64,000 bases of DNA from contig NC_042998.1 in assembly GCF_006345805.1 (NCBI RefSeq), positions 141,918,001-141,982,000 of the forward strand, read 5' to 3'. The translations under genes and the position numbers were made by a program. Below, one piece after another: positions 52,508 to 64,000 of the stretch. The stretch comes from Octopus sinensis. Taxonomy: Eukaryota. The notes below the pieces were generated by a model. The model was given only the letters and a program-made list of their open reading frames with translations. It had not been told where the DNA came from and searched no databases. Numbering within the stretch: the stretch's first letter is position 1; the number at the start of each line of letters is the position of its first letter.

Positions 52508-52540
<33 letters not shown>

Positions 52541-52554
52541 GTATATATGCAAAC

Positions 52555-52614
<60 letters not shown>

Positions 52615-53012
52615 TGATTGATAGAAAAAAGAATTAAAATCAAAATCCATGATTTTTCTTTCATAGCTCACAGAAAATGCTACTAACGACATTTTACGGT
52701 CAATAGCTAAATGTCCTTTTACATAGAAAGGACTAATAACAAAACAACAACAACAACAACAGCAAAAACAACAGCAGCAACAACAATAACAACAACAAGT
52801 TAAAAAATACCATCAAATACCCACAGCCCTGTCACTCAAAAGAAGAACGTATGATATTTTAATGTGGGAATGCATTGTGGATAAATCGCGAATGAAAGGC
52901 GAGAACTTTGAGGAAAAGAAAGGTTATATATTTTATCTCTATATTTTAACTTATTTCAGTCATCGGACTGTGATCATGTTTGGGCAAGCCTTGAAGAATT
53001 TGGTCGAACAAA

Positions 53013-53317
53013 TAACTATTATCGACAAGGAATGTAAAATATCATAAATGAAAGTCGACAACCGAAGTACACAAGCAACTAACAGATCAATGAAAAGGCT
53101 TCTATAATGCTGCTAAAACTAGCAGCCAAATGCTCTTTGAATTACACCTCACAGACCTAGAACACTTGCAATAATGTGTTGACATGTCTTGTTACTTCTA
53201 CGCGGGTGGTCCCAACACTTCGGTCACAGTCACACTTCAGCTTCTGTCCCACAAGGGTGTTGGCGCCTACCTCTGCAAAATATGAATGAAAGGCGACAAT
53301 GGAAGTAATACAGACAA
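53013..53317 (+). repeat. Left arm of a 305-bp inverted repeat
   Basis: Reverse complement of 54946-55250; three transition differences seen by eye. Confidence 0.92.
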
Positions 53318-53617
53318 ATTGATTAAACATTACATTTTTTTTTTCAAAATCTAGTGTTTCACTTATCGTACTTATTTATCGAACCAAAAGACCCTAAAAC
53401 CGTGTTATCAAGCGGCAGTGTGTGTGTGTGGTGGTGGGAGACAAATACAAACGGAAATATATACACATACATTCATACACATACATACACACACACATAT
53501 ATATACGATGGACTTCTGTACAGTTTCCATTTACCAAATTCCTTCACAGGGCATTGGTGGGCTCGGGGCAATAGCAGAAGACCCTTGGCCAAAGTGCTGC
53601 GCAGTAGGACTGAACTC

Positions 53618-53740
53618 AAATCTACAGAATATTTGCTGTAGGCCATCTTTTATGCCAAGACAAAACAATCTACATGATAACACTTCCAATCAGTTAAGAT
53701 CAGATGCCATGAGAGTCACTACTTGGTACTGCTTCAGGGC
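53618..53740 (-). mobile_element. Element X, 5' fragment
   Basis: Reverse strand GCCCTGAAGCAGTACCAAG..CTCTCATGGCATCTGATCTTAACTGATTGGAAG, adjacent to (ATT)n. Confidence 0.7.
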
Positions 53741-53750
53741 ATTTATTAAA

Positions 53751-53801
<51 letters not shown>

Positions 53802-53892
53802 ATTATAATTATAATTACATATACAAAATGGCGGTGCCCCAGCATGGCCACAGCTCATGAGCTGAAACTGGAAAAATCAAAAATCAAAATCA

Positions 53893-53958
<66 letters not shown>

Positions 53959-54671
53959 GATGCTTGACTCTCGTTGGTTCTTTTAGATAGTACACAATTG
54001 CAAAACTGCTTGAAACCAATAGTAATAACGATTGTACACTTGCTGCTATTGTTAATTGCCCTCTGATAAGCACTGATCGAACAGGACTAGCCAAACCCTT
54101 TTGCTATGTCTGAGAGCACTATGTCGAATACTCATATATATTGTATTCGACCACATTCTAGTAGTTTATTGTACTATTTTCCGTTTGGCTAATTGTTGTT
54201 GAGATCAACGTCTTAGTTTGGTAACTTCCTTCCTGTCTAGGGTAGAACATTTAGAATTGATTTTATTAAATTATTGTTGAACACCAGTTCACAAACCTTA
54301 CCAGCTGTGAACATCCTGTCTTTTCCTATGATACAGTACATACAAGACCACATTTTCTTATTCTACTTGCTATATCTAGAGAGAATGGCTGTTCCCCTGT
54401 ATTTTGCAAGGCCTTCCCTGTTCAGAGAGATTGTTCTGTTTATACTGTTGTTAAGTCAATAACTAAGAGAAAGATGTGTGCAGGGAGGAGATTACAGGGG
54501 GGGGGGGCGATATTTTGTGGAGAAAGGATTGGGTGTAATGGTCAGTGTGTAGCCTGGAGTGGTGGGTCCAACAAAGGTGACGAGAGGAAGAATGGTGAGT
54601 AGGTCGAGGACACCTAAGTGGACGAGGTATGAGACTAGCCAACAGAAGTCAATGCAGTAGCAGTTTAAGAA

Positions 54672-54711
<40 letters not shown>

Positions 54712-54945
54712 AGAGAGAGAGAGAGAATGAAAGAGGGTGAAAGAGAGAGAGAGGGAGAACAGACAAATGGACACAGATAGAGAGTAGACAGTACGCTTGT
54801 GAGTCAGAAACATGAACATGGCTGTGGGTGGAGGGATGGAGGAATATACGAGTGGAAGAGGTGCAAAGCTTGCTGATACATTATTGCAGTTTCCCTTCTT
54901 TTGTCAATCGTTATGGTGTGATTTCAAAGTTGCTAGTTTAACCTG

Positions 54946-55250
54946 TTGTCTGTATTACTTCCATTGTCGCCTTTCATTCATATTTTGCAGAGGTAGGCGC
55001 CAACACCCTTGTGGGACAGAAGCTGAAGTGTGACTGTGACCGAAGTGTTGGGACCACCCGCGTAGAAGTAACAAGACATGTCAACACATTATTGCAAGTG
55101 TTCTAGGTCTGTGAGGTGTAATTCAAAGAACATTTGGCTGCTAGTTTTAGCAGCATTATAGAGGCCTTTTCATTGACCTGTTAGTTGCTTGTGTACTTCG
55201 GTTGTCGACTTTCATTTATGATATTTTACATTCCTTGTCGATAATAGTTA
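54946..55250 (-). repeat. Right arm of the 305-bp inverted repeat
   Basis: Reverse complement of 53013-53317. Confidence 0.92.
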
Positions 55251-55387
55251 GTGATTCTTCCTCGAGGGAAGAACAGCTGATGATGTCACGAAGTTTGCAA
55301 ATATCAGGGAATCATAATATCATTCGTGTATGCGTAGGTGCATGTTTGTGTGTGTGTGTGTGTGTGTGTGAGTGTGTGTGTGTGTGT

Positions 55388-55429
<42 letters not shown>

Positions 55430-55959
55430 AGTTACAAACAAACACAAACTTAGAAATACATATATATATCGAAATTTATTTCAAGAAAACTTCGTTAGTT
55501 TTACCTCGGGCTACTCGTATCTACTCGCCCAACAGGTGTATTTTTATTCTGTCTCTTCTATTTTCTTTAAAGATATCTTTATGTATGTGTGTGTGTTGCG
55601 CGCGCGCGTGTGTGTGTCTGTGTATGCCTCTGTGTGTCCGTGTAATATATATATGTGTGTGTGTGAGTGTATATATATGTAGGTAGGTAGATATATATGC
55701 ATACATACATACATAACATTATGTCAGGAAGGTACGCATTTTCAATATATTATATTGATTGGTTTGTAACGGACACCACATACATATGCCCGTATGTATA
55801 TATATATGTAAATATATGCAAATATATACATACATATGTGCATATATATACATACACGTACGTATACATACATATACACGCACACTAACAAGGAATCATA
55901 CCTTAAAAATCAAGAGTTAAAAAATCACGTTCTTAGAGTCTCTAATGAAATATATAAAA

Positions 55960-56700
55960 GTCTATATTTATTTAGTTTAACAAATTCAAGAAGCCACACT
56001 AAATCTCCCTCTATAAAGAAACCCTAAAAGTCTCTATTCTTCACCAAAACAGAAGTCAAAACACATTAACAAAAACCATTCAACCATGAAATATCATTTA
56101 CAATACTCCTAATATCCTCCAGAAATGCGTATATGCTTATAGTTAGTCTAACAGATAACCAACAAAAAATTTCACACACAAAATCCTCTAATATAACAAA
56201 AACTAGCACTACATTTATTCCAGCTTGGCAATCCACGGCAAACAGAGCAAATTTATTTAAATTACTTGCTATTTCTTACATACGAACAAAAGTTTCGGCT
56301 TAGCAACAAACGGCCGAGACGCTTTCTATCACTGGAGAGGCAAAATTATACCAAAACATCGTGTCTAATAGTCTACTGACATTACTTGGAGCTTAATTTG
56401 AGTTTTTATACAAAGTCTGTTGAGAGAAAATTTTCTTCGAGACAAAATCTCACTGCATTTCTCGACTGGTCCTTCTTATTCAATATTATTTCGAAAGAAA
56501 TCATAGAAGGAAAGACATCCCCATAACATTCAAACGATACCTAGACAAATTTCTCCAAGAAATACCAGATAAGTTACAGACATCCGAATACATCTCGGCA
56601 AACAACAGCTCCTTACTCGAGTGATTATGATACCCTAAATTATTTCTTTAAAGCACACTTCAGGTGGTACTACCAAGTTAGACGTGGTATGTGCCAATAA
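55960..56700 (+). pseudogene. Old CR1/L2-type LINE 3' remnant
   Basis: GPSLFNII..FKRYLDKFLQEIPD-like end and an AGGTGGTACT..AAGTTAGAC 3' UTR resembling that of the 48094-51191 element. Confidence 0.6.
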
Positions 56701-57244
56701 GGCCAAAATCTATCATGATCAGGTGGTGTGGAATCACTTTGATGCTGTTGTAGAGACTATTCAGAAAACTCATGGCATTGTACTGAGAGAGAAAGAGGAA
56801 GAAAGTGAGAGAGAGGTAGAATATTTAATCAATGGTCTTCGAAAAACTATTAAGGCTAGATAGAGGTGCAATATATTTTAGGGATCCACTAATCATAAAA
56901 TTATACCCATTCAAGATTTAACAGAAACATATAACTGTCGCAGTTTACCCGCGTTAGACGGATTTAAATTGATTAAACAGATATATAAGCAAACAAATAA
57001 ATAAATATATAGTTTGACATTTTGTGTCAGTGGTGATGTCCTCACATACAAACATATTGACCTACTTAGCAACAAAACATTCCCTTTAGTTCAGAGTTCT
57101 TTGACTCGAAATAGTTGACCTCCTCCACTACGTGCCTTCTCTTTGGAGATATAAAATTGTAGCCATGTCATAAAGGTTAACTTCAAAGCAAACGATATCT
57201 GCCAGTTTTGGTCTTGATTTGATTATTTTAACTTCTTTATCTTC

Positions 57245-57296
<52 letters not shown>

Positions 57297-57297
57297 G

Positions 57298-57354
<57 letters not shown>

Positions 57355-57688
57355 ATATCTAACTATCTATCTATCTATTCAATTTCATATATACACGTAT
57401 ATAATTTCAAATACGATGCACTATTAGTTTCATACCTCTGATAATACAATGGTCAGACAAGCTTGCATAGCATGCCGTATAATTTCAGGTACTCAGTCAT
57501 GCTCAAAATACAACATGGCTACTCGTTGAGAAACGTGTGTGTGTGCGCCTGCGCGTATATATATAAATTGGGGAGAGTAATTTTCCTCAACTGTTAAATC
57601 TGGGGAGAGTCATTTTCCCCAACACACGAACTCACATAAAGAATCTTGCAAACTAAATCCCAAAATAAAATATATATATAAATACATG

Positions 57689-57756
<68 letters not shown>

Positions 57757-57767
57757 CATACATAACA

Positions 57768-57801
<34 letters not shown>

Positions 57802-58233
57802 GCGAAAACTACAACAGAAATACTCGGTAAAAAATAAACAGAATTGGTATTAATTTGATTTGCAAGAAATGAGTAAACAAAGAAGAAAATGTCTTTAACG
57901 TTTCGAGCATTCACTCTTCTGAAAGATAGGCGAGAGATGGAGAGAATAAAACGAAGTAAAACCGGAGTAAAAAGAAACGATGTAAAACGAGTATTACAAC
58001 CACTGTGGCATACATACGTCATACATCATACATATACGAAATGCTGGGTCTATTCTTTTGACATGCCGGTCCCCACACAACACTAGAGCAACATCAAATG
58101 AAGAGCACAGCACAACGCCCCGTCCGGGAATCGAATCCACGATGTACTGATCATGAGTGCGACACCCTAACCACTAGGCCATGCATCTTATAGACCTGTT
58201 TGTGTTAAAAGTACTCAATATATATCGAAGAGA

Positions 58234-58450
58234 GGGCGGCGAGCTGGCAGAATCGTTAGCACGCCGGGCAAAATGCTTAGCGGCATCTCGTCTTTACGTT
58301 CTGAGTTCAAATTCCGCCAAGTTCGACTTCGCCTTTCATTCCTTTCAGGCTCGGTAAAATAAGTAGCAGTTAAACACTGAGCTCGACTTACTCAACTTAC
58401 TCCCTCTCCTTAAATTGCTGACCTTGTGCTAATATTTGAAACTAATACAT
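58234..58450 (+). mobile_element. SINE family B
   Basis: Family B head; alternative tail. Confidence 0.8.
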
Positions 58451-60176
58451 GTCGAAGAGGAACGAATACGCCAGTTAATTTGCGCCATGGCGATTTATTT
58501 GCATTAGGTATGATAATCTTCTGATAAACGCTTTGTGAATCTATGGGCCAACGAGAGACCCGTTATGCAGTCCTTTGATCTGCTAGAAATAGCTTCCAAA
58601 TCTCACACCCTACTATTTTATATAGGGACATGGCAGGACAGATTAGTTAATGCAATGCCAGCATAATTTCAAAACATGAGGATTTTACGTAGTTGGAATA
58701 TCTTTGATCTGAGATCTCATCCATCAAGGTTTATCAGTGATTAAACAAGAACAACTTCAACACCATCATAAATAGTGTATATTTACTTCTCTAATACTCT
58801 TTCTCTTTCTCTTTTTCTGTCCCTGTCTCTCTCTCACTCTCTTTACCAATAGAAACATGTACATCGCAGGATTGTACATGTACATCGTATTCATTTGGAG
58901 ATGAATTGATTGGAACAACGTGAAATAAAGGGAAGATGTGACTCAAGGTGGGGCGGGGGTGTCACGCGTTACCTGGTCCACGAATCGAACCCTTGGCCTT
59001 ACGATCGTAAATCCAAAGATGAAAGTTGTCAATTATATGGTTAGACAGATGCAACCATCATTTAAACTCAAGTCTCTTTAAGAGGCCAGTGACAAGAATT
59101 AAAACTCCAAACCACCCGCTTGTAACATGAAAATTTGGCAAATGACGACTCATTGCAAGAAGAAAAGCTATCTATAAAACAAACATGGAATAACTTTGAT
59201 GGAAAAGTGAGTACTTCCGGTGTTTGAAAAGTAAATTATTCTTGATGTACATTTATCATTTTTGGCGCATCTGATGAAATTAAAGAAAAAAAAAAACGAA
59301 ATAAAACAATAAAAAATACAAAATAAAGCAAAACAAAAAACATTACAACCTTAATATGCTTGAGTATGTACCGGATATGTAAAGTAAACATCCTGGTTAT
59401 GTCAAAACTATATTAAAACGGGATATCGTTCGAGATATTTCCGGTTCCATTTTATAGACGAAAATAATGTCCGACTTTACTTTTAAACAATATTTAACCA
59501 AAGAAAATGCCATTACTATGGTCAGTCGGTACTACTTTAATGTTGCCTCTCAGCGATGTTATGCTCTGATTAATATAATTAATAATTGTTGTTAGTGTTG
59601 TTGTTGTCATTTAACACCATGTTAACTTGGATCGAATAGACTTATGATCAAAAGTGGTCCAGCCATGACCATCATGTATTTTTTTCTACGCGCGCTGGTT
59701 TTATACAATGTTCAGTCAGTACGGAATAGTTATTTCTAACATTAGAAAATATCACAAATATCCTCAGGATATGACTGGTATTTAATTTTATTGATTTCTG
59801 AAAGAGGAAAGACAACCTTGAGCTCAGTGATATTTGAACTCAGAATGTAAAGGGTCGGAACTAAAGCATTTTTGCTGACGCTCAAAGGTTTCTGTCAATA
59901 TATTGTCTATAGTTGGTGTATAATATAGAATCAGTAGCATTACACAGGGGTTATTCAGTATCTGACCTCTATATAATACTGTATACACAGAGATCATTCT
60001 GAAACTATACAGCTGTTAGTCAGTTTTAATAAGTTAGATAACAGTCTGAGAAATACCCGTGGTCTTTGTAGGGCTTCCTACATCAGTAAGTTTGATGCAG
60101 TTGATGTTCATCTTTAAGGAAGATATGTTATAAAGATACCTATCAGTGACATTATTTCAACGACGTAATAGTTTGT

Positions 60177-60350
60177 CTGTGAAGGCGCGTTAGGGTGTTA
60201 CGCTCACGATCGTAAAATGAAAACGATTTCCAGCAATAGTTGAGATAATCCTGCGACAGACCGGAGTCCCGTTCGAGAAAGTGTTGTGATTTCAGTCACT
60301 ATACGCCACGGGAACTGTCTTGAGCTCCAGCCTTATGAGCCGCTGTGCTT
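60177..60350 (+). mobile_element. SINE family C, degenerate
   Basis: GTGAAGGCGCGTTAGGGTG..CTCACGATCGTAA head. Confidence 0.55.
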
Positions 60351-61537
60351 GTGACAGAGCTAAGTCTATAGTTTCTCTCTAATGATCAATAAGTAATGAT
60401 ATATATATTGTGTAATTAGTTGTGTAAACGTATTGGCAGTCAGTACTGTTGTGATATGGTTAGCGAGCGATGCTATTTATTAGTCAGTCGGAAACAGAAT
60501 ACAGTGCCGAGTCAATGGGGATATGTTGTTCAGTTTGTAGTGTTTTACTGTGGGCTTACCGATTAAGGTATTCGGTTTAAGGTCGAAGTGTCGTGGGATG
60601 GTTTCGATTCCTGGTCCAGGTAACGCGCTGTACCTATGAGCAAAGCACATAATTTCATATTGCTCTAATAATCTATTCAGCTGAAAAAGCGTAGTAGCCG
60701 ATTGCTCGTGCAGTTCTCCTCGATATTCCAGTGTGGTCATGGTTGGGAGACCCCAGTATGTGTCTATATCCGATCGCGACAACATAGACTCCTGAAATGA
60801 TTAGCGAAAGTGTGGTATCAGCTACTCGCTTGCGCTTGCCGGCTATGTATTTTTTTTATTCAAGAGTAATATACTGATAAATGGAATTGAGGTGAAGCTA
60901 TACATCGGTTATTAAAGTATACAACCATACTGTGATCAATTGAAGATATGCATTGAACTATTTCGAAAAGATGACATACAGAAGTTCAGTCCGCTACAAT
61001 ATATAATGGCTGGACCAAGCCATACTTCTACGTTGCTCAATACAATGTTATGCAATGATCACAATGGTCTGTCACACATATTATTCTTTGATCAGTGAAA
61101 GCTGACTGGCAAAGCCTATAAACGCCATTTTGTTCGCAACGAATGACGATTGCTGCATATTAGAAGACTGCTTCAAGTTCGAAATTCTCTTAATATCGAT
61201 CATGAAATGCTTGTTTTCGCTTTGGCAACCTTCCACTTTAATCGATTTTAATTTTACACGAATCGTTTTCGTGAAGCTTTGCTGTATTCTTAACTTGCTC
61301 TATCAAATCTAAAGTAATTTATACGATTGAACTCTCGTTGATCACTGGAGGCACTTCAAAATATTGTTATCATCGAAGTTAGCCTTCAATTTGTTATTTT
61401 CACACGTATCTTCCTCCCGTTATTTTTCATTTATTATATCTCTCCTTTTCTATTAGGAAGTAATGTTAAATTACTGTCATTGAAAGATAAGCAGTCAGTA
61501 AAGATATACATTGCAGACATCTATAATACTGATTTTA

Positions 61538-61950
61538 AATTTTAGCACAAGGCCAGCAATTTTGAGGTAGGGGATAGGTCGTTTACACCAACCCCTAGTC
61601 CTCAACTGGTACTTGTTTTATCGACCTCGAAAGGATGAAAGGAAAAGTCGACCTCGACAGAATTTGAACTAAGAATGTAAAGACGGACGCAATACCGCAG
61701 ATATCTATAATATTGATATTAAATATTGAATTAAGCGGTGAACTGGCAGAATCGTTACCGCACCGAACAAAATGCATCGTGGCATTTCGTCCGTCTTTAA
61801 TTTCTGAATTCTAATTCCGCCGAGGTCGACTTTGCCTTTCATCTTTTTGGGGTCGATAAAATAAGTACTAGCTGAGGACCGGAATTGATGTAATCGACTC
61901 ATCCCATCATTTCCCAAACTTGCTGGCCTTGTGCCAAAAATTTGAAACCG
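61538..61950. mobile_element. Divergent (inverted) pair of SINE family B copies
   Basis: Minus copy ~61538-61700 and plus copy ~61735-61950. Confidence 0.75.
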
Positions 61951-62409
61951 ATTTTAATATTCAATTTTTTACTATACTAAGTTCACCAGAAAAAGCTGTT
62001 AGACAATGACTGGTTAATAGTGTTGCAAGATCGATATATTAGTCCTGTATATAGTTAATAAATTTTTTAACTTTTAGCACATGCGAGTTCTAAGTGTTTC
62101 CGGACAATGTCTGATAAGGTATTACGAGTCATTCCTCTTACTATTGTAAACCCTATAGAAAAAAATCATAATATTACAATAGGGTCCCCTCCTCCTACAA
62201 TGGCAGCACATAGTAAGAGAATGGTGATCGATGCTATTCGAGCTGCGCTTTTATGGAGCGGCACTTTTGGATCTACTGCCTAAGCCTGTATAGGAGTAGG
62301 AACGGAAAACTCAAGGGCTTTACGATCTAGCTACGCCACTGGCCAAAAACAAGTTGCAGCACAGAATGAACATTTTCAACAAAAAGAGGGAAATAATGAA
62401 CACTTAGGT

Positions 62410-62790
62410 TCAGGCGTAGTTGAGTGGTAAGAAGCTTACTTCTCAACCACATGGTTCTGGGTTCAGTCCCACGGTGAGAGACCTTGGACAAGTGTCTTCT
62501 ACTATAGCTTCGGGTCAACCAAAGTCTTGTGAGAGGATTTGGTAGACCGAAATGGAAAGAGGCCCGTCGTATATATGTTTGTGTGTCTTTGTGTCTGTGT
62601 TTGTCTCCCACCATTGCTTGACAACCGGTGTTGGTGTATTTACGTCTCCGTAACTTAGCGGTTCGGCAAAAGAAAATGATAGACCAAGAACCAGGCTTTA
62701 AAAAGTACTGGGGTCGATTCATTCAACTAAAAATTCTTCAAGGCGATGCCCTAGCATGGCCGCAGTCTAATAACTGAAACGAGTAGCATG
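62410..62790 (+). mobile_element. SINE family A, full length
   Basis: Head and CTAGCATGGCCGCAGTCTAATAACTGAAAC tail present. Confidence 0.85.
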
Positions 62791-63090
62791 CAAAATTAAT
62801 TAATTTCAAACAAAGGATTTTAACGCCAGAGATGACAGCAACAGCAACAACAACAATAGCAATAAAACTCACGTACAGACAAATGTATTAGACAATGAAT
62901 ATAGTTGTAGTGTTGACTCAACCGTGACACAAAATCTTTAGACTTTACATAGTTTCTAACAGAAAAGAATGAAAGAATTGTGTAAAACCAAACAGCTTGT
63001 CTTACATACACACACACATGCATGCATACATACATACATACATACATACATACATGCATACATACATACATACATACATACATACATACA

Positions 63091-63123
<33 letters not shown>

Positions 63124-63351
63124 TCATACATACCCTGTTGTTGATGTCGAAATTGGAGGAGTCTCCGATCTAGGTTAGAAACCGGTTCTTTCTCTTTTGT
63201 CAAGAAGTCTTGAATGTTCCTTTCTGTTGAAGAGAGTAGGCTCGAAAAATAAAAGACTTTCTCACTTCCCGAGCGTTAAACTAATACATCTGCTTGTTGT
63301 TTACACACACCCGTCTTCGTCTTTTGTTTTGTTTGTTTTTTCGTAGATTCC

Positions 63352-63406
<55 letters not shown>

Positions 63407-64000
63407 ATATATATAATATATATGCTATATATGCATATATATATATATATATATATACAGATACATATATGGGTACAGGACGTCACTAACAGTAAAAAAC
63501 ATGGAATACGAAAGCAAATGAGTTCAATACGCTAACAACGAGGGAAACAAATGGAAAACAGGACAAGTAACATAAAAAACGACCTCTCGTCAGTCGTCGG
63601 CTATCTAACCTCCCCACCACCACCACCACCACCACCACCATTTCGAGTATTGAACAACATATATATATACAATATAGTACAAAAGTCTTCGGCCACTTTA
63701 AGCTATTGTAAATTTCTACTAATTGCCAACTTATAAGTGGATGTTTTGCATTGCGTTTTTTGCAGATAAAAGACTGGCCCTGTTGGAGTAATTTTCAGAC
63801 ATAATCATTATATTTTGTAGTAAGGGTTCTGAACTAGAGGGAATGATGCGAGACGACCACCAAAACGGCCGTGCAAAAGTTTTCAGCCACCTCACATAAA
63901 CTAATAAAGATACAGTGTTTTAAAACAGGAAAATGTTTATAATGAAAATTTATTATATAATGTTCATTTCAAGAAGTTACGGTACATTGTTAATATTTCA

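Noticed and set aside
53965-54480. Possible RTE-type endonuclease 5' remnant on the minus strand
   Set aside because: Only faint motif resemblance (EYNI..DIVLSD, GQLT); too degenerate to support.
63224-63260. Hammerhead-like CTGTTGA-A-GAG..CTC-GAAA motif in a possibly Penelope-related repeat
   Set aside because: The core deviates from CUGANGA and I could not form stems I and III; at best a decayed relic.

Overview
AT-rich, repeat-dominated animal genomic DNA. It is most likely octopus or another coleoid cephalopod; this is inferred from the recurring tRNA-derived SINE families and dense (TA)n/(TATG)n/(TAA)n/(CA)n microsatellites, not from a search. I recognise no host protein-coding gene with confidence, and most ORF-track entries are microsatellite or SINE read-throughs. 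Recognisable content: (i) two divergent head-to-tail ORF1-only (gag-like, RRM-like plus CCHC knuckle) retroelements at 1-3310, one full length with a 13-bp target-site duplication, nested in a non-autonomous Helitron; (ii) a decayed Gypsy pol split by SINEs (6.3-10.1 kb); (iii) four R4/Dong-type RT-REL LINE copies, three visibly abutting TAA-type repeats, plus a recurring ~540-bp non-coding (TAA)n-flanked element; (iv) a 505-bp unit concatemer with a fold-back inversion (18.9-20.8 kb); (v) three CR1/L2-type APE-RT LINE copies, one nearly intact (48.1-51.2 kb); (vi) Helitron RepHel fragments and several non-autonomous Helitrons; (vii) a Tx1/L1-type 3' fragment; (viii) a young 305-bp inverted duplication (53.0-55.25 kb); and many SINEs. 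The best candidates for something undescribed are the ORF1-only element family (whose 3' tail is shared with a SINE), the 505-bp concatemer and the (TAA)n-flanked element. All alignments were done by eye, and most element boundaries are approximate.
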